A stretch of DNA of 64,000 nucleotides from Eledone cirrhosa (lineage: Eukaryota). Below are positions 29,156-40,904 of this stretch, piece after piece. The first letter of the stretch is position 1, and every line of letters begins with the position of its first letter. A program made the position numbers and the translations under genes. The DNA is taken from contig OZ024750.1 in the NCBI GenBank assembly GCA_964016885.1, forward strand, positions 50,220,001 through 50,284,000. Reading direction: 5' to 3'. The notes beneath the pieces were generated by a model. The model made no database searches. It was not told where the DNA came from and saw only the letters and a program-made list of their open reading frames with translations.

Positions 29156-30553
29156 TAAATAATCCACCTAATACATTAAATAATGTCTGCAAATGTCTTC
29201 TTTCACGATTGTGTTAGATGTTTTCAGTATTTAGACTATCATTCAAGACTTACCATTCATAACAAAACGTTGTGCCATTACAACCTGTATTAGCTTCTTA
29301 GTAATAATCTTAATAGTTTACATGCTTATGATATTCGGAAGAGATACAGTTTCGAAGGTTTACATCGCAAACACGCCGATGATAATTATAAAGGTATTAC
29401 CTACATATCAACACACAGTTTTTTCATGAGTCCTTCATGTTACTAAAGACTGGGATTATGTCAGATTCTCTAGTGCCATTTCTATAACAAGGAATTACTT
29501 ACAAAAATACTTCTATCAAGATAGTAATAATCTACTTCTTGGAACATATCTCTCTGCGAAATATTAAGAAAATAGAGAGGAATCAATGTTGTGTGTGTGT
29601 GTGTGGTGGGGTGGGGGCTAAACTGAAGGTATGTCATGTAGACATTGGTTACACATTAACAGCACACAAACACCACTGACAGAGAGAAAGAATGCGCTTT
29701 CTTTCTTGTTTCAATTGCATTTCTATAAAAAAATAATGTAAAAAATGAAATTAAAATCTGAGAGTGGAGAGATGGATATACCTTAACGATATTTGGAAAG
29801 AATTAAATACATTATGAATAAATATAGCAAATAAATATAATTAAATGAAACATACATTCATATTAACTGAAGTAAAACACATGAAATAGGGATTTACATA
29901 GAATTCGGGAAGGCTAATTAGTGGTTTATTTAAATATAATTGCTTCATGCTTAGGTCTCATACACATATTTACAAGGTAAACACATTCATATACATGATA
30001 CGTGAGAATATATACACGAAAACCTATACACACATACATACACAAAGGTGGGGCAACACTATTTCTGTTTGTGTGTCACTAATGTTTGTGATAAGACATA
30101 TGTTAAATAGATAATACGCTCTCAAACTACGACATATTTCAATAGTAATGCCGAAAACAAAGCTATATTGTTCGAAGTATAGTAATTTGAATTATGGAAT
30201 TAAAAGTCCTGATTTTCTATTTTATATTATGTGGGTGGCTATTTGTCAGCATGAACGACTGTTTAGCTGCACGTAAATATTTCAAGTTCTGAAAGAGGTG
30301 TTCTGAGGCATTTCTTATTGATTTGAAATCGTTAGACCTTGCAGTGGCGATATACGAGATATGTCAGGGTAGCAAACGTGCTGGATTTACCACTGATTGA
30401 CATATGTATGTAATCTATCAATATATATATATATCATATATACACATATATAGAGGGAGAGGGGGTCACATATCTCTAAACCCACGCTAAATCTCCCCGG
30501 GTATTGAGTACTCACATGGTAGGTGGTCTCCTCGATTTCGGTACTTTGGAATA

Positions 30554-30619
<66 letters not shown>

Positions 30620-30665
30620 GGAATACTGTTGGGTTCTTGCTACAATGATTTCTATACTTTTCATT

Positions 30666-30762
<97 letters not shown>

Positions 30763-30763
30763 T

Positions 30764-30836
<73 letters not shown>

Positions 30837-31037
30837 TTAGTTATACTATTTATGGTTATGTAAACACAAAACCTTAAGCAGTTGTAAGTATTTTACACAC
30901 ACCCTAAATAGTGGTAGGCAGTAATGTATTACTACCTTATTACCAGTAAGTTAAGTAGCTCAATGTAAAAACATCAGATGATTTACAGAGCAGTTATATG
31001 AAATATAAGAATCAAAGAACTGTTCAAAACATTATTG

Positions 31038-31084
31038 TGCTTACAGCTGTTTCCTCCAAACCGAGGTTTGGATTCTTCGGAGCA
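31038..31084 (-). ncRNA. Minimal type I hammerhead ribozyme in pLTR of left copy
   Basis: Mirror of 39438..39484 with fully Watson-Crick stem I (tgct/agca). Confidence 0.8.
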
Positions 31085-32527
31085 ATTTATTAATGCATGG
31101 ACAGTTATATGACCTCCTTTTCAGCCGAGAGACATACCAATACATATTCAAACATTGATACATATTCAAACATTGTGGGTCAACATTCATTACAGAATTT
31201 AGAGTGGCAGTACACACTTCGAGATTACATTTATATTAATAGGTACAATCAAAAATCAAAGATATAGGTTAAAGTACAACATGAAGATAAGTGGTTATAT
31301 AGTGCAAATGTTATATGTGTGGCACGCATGTGCGTCTTGTTTATATAGTGTGGCAGAGAGATATGTGTGGTAGAGGCACTTAGGTAGGTAAATAAGAGTG
31401 TTAGGTTGGTAGATCTGGTGGCAAAGTCTTTATATGATTGATATAGTCTGTGTGTGGAGAAATATTATAAGCATTAAAGATAGTGCAAGCATTAAAAGTG
31501 TTATAAGTATTGGAGATGCACAGCGCAGGGATGTCAAGTAATTCATGTACTTCGGTATTTTCATGGTCAAGGGAGTGTATATTTCGATTATATGCCTTTC
31601 ACATAATCCACGACAATCCAGTTAGAGATCGTAGTCTGGTGTTCTTTAGTTCGATACAGGAGGTTGTTACGTTTCGAGAGACGCCATTGAATACCGGAAG
31701 TGTGTGTGTGGCTAAGGGGAGTTAATGCATGCGGGGAGGTAACTCTGGGGTTTCTATATCTAGCCATTAAAATATGTCTCAATATAGACCCTAAATTCTA
31801 TGGTGAGGTGCACCTTCCAAGAGAGACTTTTAAAGCATAAAGTGTACTAACTATAGAGTAGTTTAACTAAATTATGCTGAAGGTGATCATATTATTATTA
31901 GGGTGGATTAACCCATCTTAAGGTGCTACAAATGGAAATTATAGATGATGAGCGAGGATTCTAAATTAATGATCTCTATGGTTGTAGTCTGCTCATATGA
32001 CCAGGCGCGGTGATTGCAGGATTGCTTCAGGACCCAATGATCTCTGGTAAGATCTGGGTCATCGCTTGCTACATTGGATGTCGAAAGATAATCATCCCCA
32101 GGCAGGCCAAAGGTCAATCCGCAGTCCTCGCGACCCCTCTCTGACCGTCAGATCATCCATATACGTACAACCCGCACGGCAGTTGCATTGCATTCACTCA
32201 CTGCGTTCAGCAGCCTGGTCCTACTGGTCAACAGCGCTACTCGATTAAATCATTTTACATCTGTCTAAGGAAGGTGTTTCCTCTGCCCAACACCATCCAA
32301 CCGATCAATTCATGCTCAAATTACCCTTAGAGCGGTGTAGTGCCGTCCAGGTGGGTGGATGTTGTCACACCTGCCGTAGAGGTATAAATGGGTATTTTCC
32401 CTGCGAAGGGTTCCAGAGGGATGTCGTTGTTTGTGTTATAATGGATCAGCTAGTGTTGGGTATGTAGTATAGGGTGTGTCTCTGGTGTTTGATGCTAGAT
32501 GTGGTGTTAGGTTCCAGTCCGACATTG

Positions 32528-34984
32528 CTATATATGGGGCTTAAAGTTTTGGAAGGAATGTCTGAGGCGGTGCTGGCAAGTTGCAAACACCTCAGATTTT
32601 TTAAGTAGGTTACGGTTGGAGAAGATAATATTGTGTGTCTCTAGTATACAGAGGTTACAGAATTTATTAGGTGGTTTGTACGAGGTCGCGCTGCCTATCA
32701 CTTCCCATTTGAGTGTGTATGGTTTATTTTTAGATTTTAGATAGTGAATGTAGCTAGAAAGTGAGGTGGAGTTGGCTAGGCTGTGCTTTTTGAACGAGTG
32801 GATGTGCGAGTTATATCTAATTTTGAAGCAGTTAGAAGTGGAGCCTACATAGGTTTCTGAAGAGTTATTAGTCGTGACTGTGCATGAGTATATGACATCC
32901 TTGGTTAGGCATTTTTTATCTAAAGGGCAGGTTCTATTAGCTCTACAGTTACAATTATTCTGTGCGTTAGTCCGCTGGTTATAATGCAATGCGGAAGTCT
33001 GTGTGGTGGGTATAGGATTTTGGGTGTTCAGGTTGACAACCCTGGTGTTATTACTTATACTAGTGTTATTTCTATTGTTACTGCCGTTGCTATTGTTGCT
33101 TGCTACAGTGGTATTTAGAGGGTTTGCATCCCGTTGCGATTTTGTTTGTTGGAAGTAAGAACTAATTTTACTATTATTGCTGCTAGCTATGTGGTATGCT
33201 AAGTTAGGCGTCGTGGAGTATGAGATTTTAATGGTGTTTTTGTTTAAGAGGTTGTGGTACTTGTGTCCTAGAGGGAAGTTTTTATCTAGTAGTGAGAAGA
33301 AAGCCCTAGGTATGTTGGTGGAGACATTTAGGTTGAAAGGAGGGTTGAAAAATGTATTATTTCTTCTTCTATTTTTGCTTTTAGTGTTTGGTGTGTTGCT
33401 TCCTCCTAAGGCCTCACAGTAGTTTCCATGGTAATGGTTACTTCCGGTGGCACCCTCCGCTTTGGTGTACTTGTGGTTGCTATTCCTATTATTAGATTTC
33501 CTCATGGACATGTTGTGCGAGATGATGTTGTAGCTATGTGTTTTCTTAGGTAGGAACTCAATTTCTATATTATGGCCGGAGCTAGCTAATGCTTGATTGT
33601 AATATTGTGAGTTTTTGCTAAATATGTTTGCGTCATAGGACAGACTAGAGATTCTATTGGACACCCCCTTAGAGATAGAGTTTAATATTGATCTAGGGTG
33701 ATTAGACTTGGTATCTACGTAAATAAGTTTCTCATTAGGCTTATGGAAGGGTGTATATATTTTTGAGTCTAGGTATAGTGTGGCGTCTAGGAAGTTAACA
33801 TTTTTAGTGTTTTTGTCCATGGTGATACTAAGGTTAAAGTTTTTGAATGTCTTATGCAGTTGTTTTCTAGTTCTTTCTATATTAAATTTTTTATATTCTA
33901 TGAGTAGAAGTGCATCATCGCGGTACAAACCACCGTTGAGGTAAGGGAGGTCTTTATGGATTTCATTGAGGAGGTATAGGCCGACCAAATCAGTGACCTG
34001 CGCCGAGTCACTAGATCCCATGGTTATGTCGAAGTTGTTGTGCGTATCCTTGCGTGTCCATAGTTGGTCCTCGAAGGTGATTATGGTTTTACGGGCCGCA
34101 AGGATGACATCAACCTGGGCTCTAGTCAGGTCGCTATTGGTCATGGCCATGATAAGTGCCTTATTTAATAGGATAGGGGAAATAGAGGTGTAGTATGAAT
34201 TGATATCAAATTGAATAAATTTTTTGTTCTTATTATTCTTGATATCCTTAAACCATTCAATTACTTCACCCGTATTTCCCCATTGTTTAAGGTGTATCTT
34301 GTGTTTAATTTGTGGGATGATTTTATCCAAAATCTTCTTGCTGATAATACCAATGTCGGACCTGGAAGGGCAGATAAGTCTTATCGTGGGGTTGCTGATG
34401 AAGTTCTCCTTATGGTCCTTCAGAGAGAATCTAGGGGGGTTCGGAGTGAAAGGTTGTGTATGCCTCTGTAGTCCTAGTTTAGACACTATATTATAACCCT
34501 CTACATTAATATCTTCTAAGTTTTTCAAGGTGGTTTTTTTGTAGCTTTTATGTAGTTCATTATATATAAACTTTCTATAAGTAATATAATCTAGGCTGTA
34601 TATGTTATTAGTTTTATCTGCGTGTACAATAATTTTATTACTAGTTTTGAATCCACTAATAGAAGTGTTAAGTTTGTTTAAGAAGGTGTTGCTTCTAATA
34701 TGGTGCTTATTGTATTTAATGTTCTTAACTAGTTTAACTAGGTCATTTTCAAAGGAGTTAAGTAGAGTGTTATGAGGGGGGCTTTTAAAGGTTTTAAAGC
34801 CGAAGGAGTCAAAATTGTTAGTATTATTCAAGTTGTTAGATTTGTTTCTATCATAATGGAATGTCCTCCATCTCACTCTATTGATAAATGAATTTACACT
34901 GTTGATCAGCAATTTCTCATATGTATTCCTGGATGGTATTGGTATGTTCTTGGTTGACATGGGGAGTTGGTCTTTGATTAGCAT
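32528..34984 (-). CDS. Second intact Penelope-like ORF (818 aa), inverted copy
   Basis: Translation is identical to 35535..37994 except for one missing residue (LLKKSE vs LLNKKSE). Confidence 0.96.
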   Translation of the reverse strand: MLIKDQLPMSTKNIPIPSRNTYEKLLINSVNSFINRVRWRTFHYDRNKSNNLNNTNNFDSFGFKTFKSPPHNTLLNSFENDLVKLVKNIKYNKHHIRSNTFLNKLNTSISGFKTSNKIIVHADKTNNIYSLDYITYRKFIYNELHKSYKKTTLKNLEDINVEGYNIVSKLGLQRHTQPFTPNPPRFSLKDHKENFISNPTIRLICPSRSDIGIISKKILDKIIPQIKHKIHLKQWGNTGEVIEWFKDIKNNKNKKFIQFDINSYYTSISPILLNKALIMAMTNSDLTRAQVDVILAARKTIITFEDQLWTRKDTHNNFDITMGSSDSAQVTDLVGLYLLNEIHKDLPYLNGGLYRDDALLLIEYKKFNIERTRKQLHKTFKNFNLSITMDKNTKNVNFLDATLYLDSKIYTPFHKPNEKLIYVDTKSNHPRSILNSISKGVSNRISSLSYDANIFSKNSQYYNQALASSGHNIEIEFLPKKTHSYNIISHNMSMRKSNNRNSNHKYTKAEGATGSNHYHGNYCEALGGSNTPNTKSKNRRRNNTFFNPPFNLNVSTNIPRAFFSLLDKNFPLGHKYHNLLNKNTIKISYSTTPNLAYHIASSNNSKISSYFQQTKSQRDANPLNTTVASNNSNGSNNRNNTSISNNTRVVNLNTQNPIPTTQTSALHYNQRTNAQNNCNCRANRTCPLDKKCLTKDVIYSCTVTTNNSSETYVGSTSNCFKIRYNSHIHSFKKHSLANSTSLSSYIHYLKSKNKPYTLKWEVIGSATSYKPPNKFCNLCILETHNIIFSNRNLLKKSEVFATCQHRLRHSFQNFKPHI

Positions 34985-35534
34985 ATTGGCAATATTATAT
35001 GTCAGCTCAACGATATGGAGCAGTTAATAGTATTAGTTATACTATTTATGGTTATGTAAACACAAAACCTTAAGCAGTTGTAAGTATTTTACACACACCC
35101 TAAATAGTGGTAGGCAGTAATGTATTACTACCTTATTACCAGTAAGTTAAGTAGCTCAATGTAAAAACATCAGATGATTTACAGAGCAGTTATATGAAAT
35201 ATAAGAATCAAAGAACTGTTCAAAACATTATTGTGCTTACAGCTGTTTCCTCCAAACCTCGGTTTGGAGGAAACAGCTGTAAGCACAATAATGTTTTGAA
35301 CAGTTCTTTGATTCTTATATTTCATATAACTGCTCTGTAAATCATCTGATGTTTTTACATTGAGCTACTTAACTTACTGGTAATAAGGTAGTAATACATT
35401 ACTGCCTACCACTATTTAGGGTGTGTGTAAAATACTTACAACTGCTTAAGGTTTTGTGTTTACATAACCATAAATAGTATAACTAATACTATTAACTGCT
35501 CCATATCGTTGAGCTGACATATAATATTGCCAAT

Positions 35535-37994
35535 ATGCTAATCAAAGACCAACTCCCCATGTCAACCAAGAACATACCAATACCATCCAGGAATACATAT
35601 GAGAAATTGCTGATCAACAGTGTAAATTCATTTATCAATAGAGTGAGATGGAGGACATTCCATTATGATAGAAACAAATCTAACAACTTGAATAATACTA
35701 ACAATTTTGACTCCTTCGGCTTTAAAACCTTTAAAAGCCCCCCTCATAACACTCTACTTAACTCCTTTGAAAATGACCTAGTTAAACTAGTTAAGAACAT
35801 TAAATACAATAAGCACCATATTAGAAGCAACACCTTCTTAAACAAACTTAACACTTCTATTAGTGGATTCAAAACTAGTAATAAAATTATTGTACACGCA
35901 GATAAAACTAATAACATATACAGCCTAGATTATATTACTTATAGAAAGTTTATATATAATGAACTACATAAAAGCTACAAAAAAACCACCTTGAAAAACT
36001 TAGAAGATATTAATGTAGAGGGTTATAATATAGTGTCTAAACTAGGACTACAGAGGCATACACAACCTTTCACTCCGAACCCCCCTAGATTCTCTCTGAA
36101 GGACCATAAGGAGAACTTCATCAGCAACCCCACGATAAGACTTATCTGCCCTTCCAGGTCCGACATTGGTATTATCAGCAAGAAGATTTTGGATAAAATC
36201 ATCCCACAAATTAAACACAAGATACACCTTAAACAATGGGGAAATACGGGTGAAGTAATTGAATGGTTTAAGGATATCAAGAATAATAAGAACAAAAAAT
36301 TTATTCAATTTGATATCAATTCATACTACACCTCTATTTCCCCTATCCTATTAAATAAGGCACTTATCATGGCCATGACCAATAGCGACCTGACTAGAGC
36401 CCAGGTTGATGTCATCCTTGCGGCCCGTAAAACCATAATCACCTTCGAGGACCAACTATGGACACGCAAGGATACGCACAACAACTTCGACATAACCATG
36501 GGATCTAGTGACTCGGCGCAGGTCACTGATTTGGTCGGCCTATACCTCCTCAATGAAATCCATAAAGACCTCCCTTACCTCAACGGTGGTTTGTACCGCG
36601 ATGATGCACTTCTACTCATAGAATATAAAAAATTTAATATAGAAAGAACTAGAAAACAACTGCATAAGACATTCAAAAACTTTAACCTTAGTATCACCAT
36701 GGACAAAAACACTAAAAATGTTAACTTCCTAGACGCCACACTATACCTAGACTCAAAAATATATACACCCTTCCATAAGCCTAATGAGAAACTTATTTAC
36801 GTAGATACCAAGTCTAATCACCCTAGATCAATATTAAACTCTATCTCTAAGGGGGTGTCCAATAGAATCTCTAGTCTGTCCTATGACGCAAACATATTTA
36901 GCAAAAACTCACAATATTACAATCAAGCATTAGCTAGCTCCGGCCATAATATAGAAATTGAGTTCCTACCTAAGAAAACACATAGCTACAACATCATCTC
37001 GCACAACATGTCCATGAGGAAATCTAATAATAGGAATAGCAACCACAAGTACACCAAAGCGGAGGGTGCCACCGGAAGTAACCATTACCATGGAAACTAC
37101 TGTGAGGCCTTAGGAGGAAGCAACACACCAAACACTAAAAGCAAAAATAGAAGAAGAAATAATACATTTTTCAACCCTCCTTTCAACCTAAATGTCTCCA
37201 CCAACATACCTAGGGCTTTCTTCTCACTACTAGATAAAAACTTCCCTCTAGGACACAAGTACCACAACCTCTTAAACAAAAACACCATTAAAATCTCATA
37301 CTCCACGACGCCTAACTTAGCATACCACATAGCTAGCAGCAATAATAGTAAAATTAGTTCTTACTTCCAACAAACAAAATCGCAACGGGATGCAAACCCT
37401 CTAAATACCACTGTAGCAAGCAACAATAGCAACGGCAGTAACAATAGAAATAACACTAGTATAAGTAATAACACCAGGGTTGTCAACCTGAACACCCAAA
37501 ATCCTATACCCACCACACAGACTTCCGCATTGCATTATAACCAGCGGACTAACGCACAGAATAATTGTAACTGTAGAGCTAATAGAACCTGCCCTTTAGA
37601 TAAAAAATGCCTAACCAAGGATGTCATATACTCATGCACAGTCACGACTAATAACTCTTCAGAAACCTATGTAGGCTCCACTTCTAACTGCTTCAAAATT
37701 AGATATAACTCGCACATCCACTCGTTCAAAAAGCACAGCCTAGCCAACTCCACCTCACTTTCTAGCTACATTCACTATCTAAAATCTAAAAATAAACCAT
37801 ACACACTCAAATGGGAAGTGATAGGCAGCGCGACCTCGTACAAACCACCTAATAAATTCTGTAACCTCTGTATACTAGAGACACACAATATTATCTTCTC
37901 CAACCGTAACCTACTTAACAAAAAATCTGAGGTGTTTGCAACTTGCCAGCACCGCCTCAGACATTCCTTCCAAAACTTTAAGCCCCATATATAG
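35535..37994 (+). CDS. Intact Penelope-like element ORF: reverse transcriptase + C-terminal GIY-YIG endonuclease (819 aa), probably Naiad-like
   Basis: RT motifs FIQFDINSYYTSI, TMGSSDSAQVTDLVG, GGLYRDD and VNFLDATL. Asn-rich linker, then CNCx5CPx4C, VIY..YVGST..FKIRYNSH and C-terminal CxxCxxE..LN..SE..CQH. No CxxC between GIY and YIG. The clade call comes from recalled motif layout, not a phylogeny. Confidence 0.96.
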   Translation: MLIKDQLPMSTKNIPIPSRNTYEKLLINSVNSFINRVRWRTFHYDRNKSNNLNNTNNFDSFGFKTFKSPPHNTLLNSFENDLVKLVKNIKYNKHHIRSNTFLNKLNTSISGFKTSNKIIVHADKTNNIYSLDYITYRKFIYNELHKSYKKTTLKNLEDINVEGYNIVSKLGLQRHTQPFTPNPPRFSLKDHKENFISNPTIRLICPSRSDIGIISKKILDKIIPQIKHKIHLKQWGNTGEVIEWFKDIKNNKNKKFIQFDINSYYTSISPILLNKALIMAMTNSDLTRAQVDVILAARKTIITFEDQLWTRKDTHNNFDITMGSSDSAQVTDLVGLYLLNEIHKDLPYLNGGLYRDDALLLIEYKKFNIERTRKQLHKTFKNFNLSITMDKNTKNVNFLDATLYLDSKIYTPFHKPNEKLIYVDTKSNHPRSILNSISKGVSNRISSLSYDANIFSKNSQYYNQALASSGHNIEIEFLPKKTHSYNIISHNMSMRKSNNRNSNHKYTKAEGATGSNHYHGNYCEALGGSNTPNTKSKNRRRNNTFFNPPFNLNVSTNIPRAFFSLLDKNFPLGHKYHNLLNKNTIKISYSTTPNLAYHIASSNNSKISSYFQQTKSQRDANPLNTTVASNNSNGSNNRNNTSISNNTRVVNLNTQNPIPTTQTSALHYNQRTNAQNNCNCRANRTCPLDKKCLTKDVIYSCTVTTNNSSETYVGSTSNCFKIRYNSHIHSFKKHSLANSTSLSSYIHYLKSKNKPYTLKWEVIGSATSYKPPNKFCNLCILETHNIIFSNRNLLNKKSEVFATCQHRLRHSFQNFKPHI

Positions 37995-39437
37995 CAATGT
38001 CGGACTGGAACCTAACACCACATCTAGCATCAAACACCAGAGACACACCCTATACTACATACCCAACACTAGCTGATCCATTATAACACAAACAACGACA
38101 TCCCTCTGGAACCCTTCGCAGGGAAAATACCCATTTATACCTCTACGGCAGGTGTGACAACATCCACCCACCTGGACGGCACTACACCGCTCTAAGGGTA
38201 ATTTGAGCATGAATTGATCGGTTGGATGGTGTTGGGCAGAGGAAACACCTTCCTTAGACAGATGTAAAATGATTTAATCGAGTAGCGCTGTTGACCAGTA
38301 GGACCAGGCTGCTGAACGCAGTGAGTGAATGCAATGCAACTGCCGTGCGGGTTGTACGTATATGGATGATCTGACGGTCAGAGAGGGGTCGCGAGGACTG
38401 CGGATTGACCTTTGGCCTGCCTGGGGATGATTATCTTTCGACATCCAATGTAGCAAGCGATGACCCAGATCTTACCAGAGATCATTGGGTCCTGAAGCAA
38501 TCCTGCAATCACCGCGCCTGGTCATATGAGCAGACTACAACCATAGAGATCATTAATTTAGAATCCTCGCTCATCATCTATAATTTCCATTTGTAGCACC
38601 TTAAGATGGGTTAATCCACCCTAATAATAATATGATCACCTTCAGCATAATTTAGTTAAACTACTCTATAGTTAGTACACTTTATGCTTTAAAAGTCTCT
38701 CTTGGAAGGTGCACCTCACCATAGAATTTAGGGTCTATATTGAGACACATTTTAATGGCTAGATATAGAAACCCCAGAGTTACCTCCCCGCATGCATTAA
38801 CTCCCCTTAGCCACACACACACTTCCGGTATTCAATGGCGTCTCTCGAAACGTAACAACCTCCTGTATCGAACTAAAGAACACCAGACTACGATCTCTAA
38901 CTGGATTGTCGTGGATTATGTGAAAGGCATATAATCGAAATATACACTCCCTTGACTATGAAAATACCGAAGTACATGAATTACTTGACATCCCTGCGCT
39001 GTGCATCTCCAATACTTATAACACTTTTAATGCTTGCACTATCTTTAATGCTTATAATATTTCTCCACACACAGACTATATCAATCATATAAAGACTTTG
39101 CCACCAGATCTACCAACCTAACACTCTTATTTACCTACCTAAGTGCCTCTACCACACATATCTCTCTGCCACACTATATAAACAAGACGCACATGCGTGC
39201 CACACATATAACATTTGCACTATATAACCACTTATCTTCATGTTGTACTTTAACCTATATCTTTGATTTTTGATTGTACCTATTAATATAAATGTAATCT
39301 CGAAGTGTGTACTGCCACTCTAAATTCTGTAATGAATGTTGACCCACAATGTTTGAATATGTATCAATGTTTGAATATGTATTGGTATGTCTCTCGGCTG
39401 AAAAGGAGGTCATATAACTGTCCATGCATTAATAAAT

Positions 39438-39484
39438 TGTTCCGAAGAATCCAAACCTCGGTTTGGAGGAAACAGCTGTAAGCA
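39438..39484 (+). ncRNA. Minimal type I hammerhead ribozyme in pLTR
   Basis: tgtt-CCGAAGA-a-TCCAAACC tc GGTTTGGA-g-GAAA-C agct G-TA-agca. Palindromic stem III ACAGCTGT, U4C core variant. Confidence 0.8.
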
Positions 39485-39515
39485 CAATAATGTTTTGAAC
39501 AGTTCTTTGATTCTT

Positions 39516-39564
<49 letters not shown>

Positions 39565-40829
39565 ATTTATATATATATATTTATATATATATATTTATAT
39601 ATTATATTATATTTATATATTATATTATATTTAGAGTTTAAACTCAAAGTCATTTACAATTAATCAGCTCAAAGAAAGAAGCATTTCCGAGCAGTGAAAT
39701 ACAAGTTAATATATATTAATATATGATAAACACATACGTGTTTGTATAGTAAGAGACAAAGTTAGCTAGAATGAAATAAACTAATTAAAATGAATACAAT
39801 TTGTCTGTCTCGATATAAGTCAATAAAGACAAGCTTATATTGGCAAAAGCCGTGATTCCTGGACAAATTTAAATTTCAAAATCCAAACCTGCTCCGTAGA
39901 TGAATTTGAACTTCGAAACCTAAATATGTTTCGCAACGATGGTATAAAAATTGAAATATAAAAAAATTGAAATATACAAAGTGAAATATTCAAATCGTCT
40001 GTGCTTATCAACAGGAATCCAGTAAAATTAGTACATTTCATCTCCAAAAATGTTGCAGCACTGATTCACACGTCGTATAATCAGCTATACTAGCCATCCC
40101 ATACTCCCGGTGCTAGACATAACAGCCGTTTATATGGGATTACAAATTAGCTCTACAGTTAAGGAGCAATTATATTATATTATATTTAGAGTTTAAACTC
40201 AAAGTCATTTACAATTAATCAGCTCAAAGAAAGAAGCATGTCCGAGTCATTGTGCGTTTCTTTTCTATCTGTGTTCACTAGTTTGTGTTTATGTGTGTTT
40301 GTTGTTATTGTACTTGTGTATATTTATTTATATTTACCTTAGGTCAGTATTGTGTGCTTGGGCATGGTTGTTGTTATTATTCTTATTCCATTCGTTTTTT
40401 CCATTCAACTTTGGTTTTCTTAGTTCTATTTCAGTTGCTTCTTTGATTTGTCTCCCTGTTGAGTCAGTTCTATATTTAGATATTATTTTAATTTCTGTGG
40501 TGTCTATATTACCATAATGTCTTTGTCTGGCGTGTTCTTATAGCACCGAACTGTCTTGTTGTCCTTGTAGTTTCCCCCAGTGTTGGTCCATTTTTCTCCT
40601 ATGCTTCGAGCTCGCTCACCTATGTATGTCGTTGTCATTTTTCTGCAAGTACCCTAAGTACATCTTAGGCTATAGACTACATTTCTAGTTCTACAATCTA
40701 TATGAGGATTCATTGTACATATAACACATTTCTTATTAGTACCGTGGGTTTCTTAAAGGTGTATCTCTTGCTAATGAGGGATGTCATGGTAATTCCTGGC
40801 TCTTCTACAAATTTAATCTTTTTATGTGG

Positions 40830-40899
<70 letters not shown>

Positions 40900-40904
40900 A
40901 TATA

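Larger units (their letters stand above)
30831..39527. mobile_element. Head-to-head pair of full-length Penelope-like elements (4199-bp unit each with terminal pLTR repeat) inserted in (TA)n
   Basis: Mirror symmetry about 35259/35260 (34984+35535=70519). TCCAAACCTCGGTTTGGAGGAAACAGCTGTAAGC occurs at 35251 and again at 39450. Both outer ends run into TA microsatellites. Confidence 0.95.

Noticed and set aside
32100-32150. HDV-like ribozyme suggested by TCCTCGC
   Set aside because: I could not build consistent P1/P2/P3 pairings, and it is antisense to the element.
35535-38560. Selenoprotein-type Naiad element (in-frame UGA + SECIS)
   Set aside because: The ORF has no internal UGA and ends in TAG. 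The ATGA..TGA hairpin at about 38460-38500 lacks the apical AA and the correct spacing.
33177-38934. Small ORFs duplicated on both arms (60-90 aa)
   Set aside because: They are antisense shadows of the RT ORF or short UTR ORFs, duplicated only because of the palindrome.
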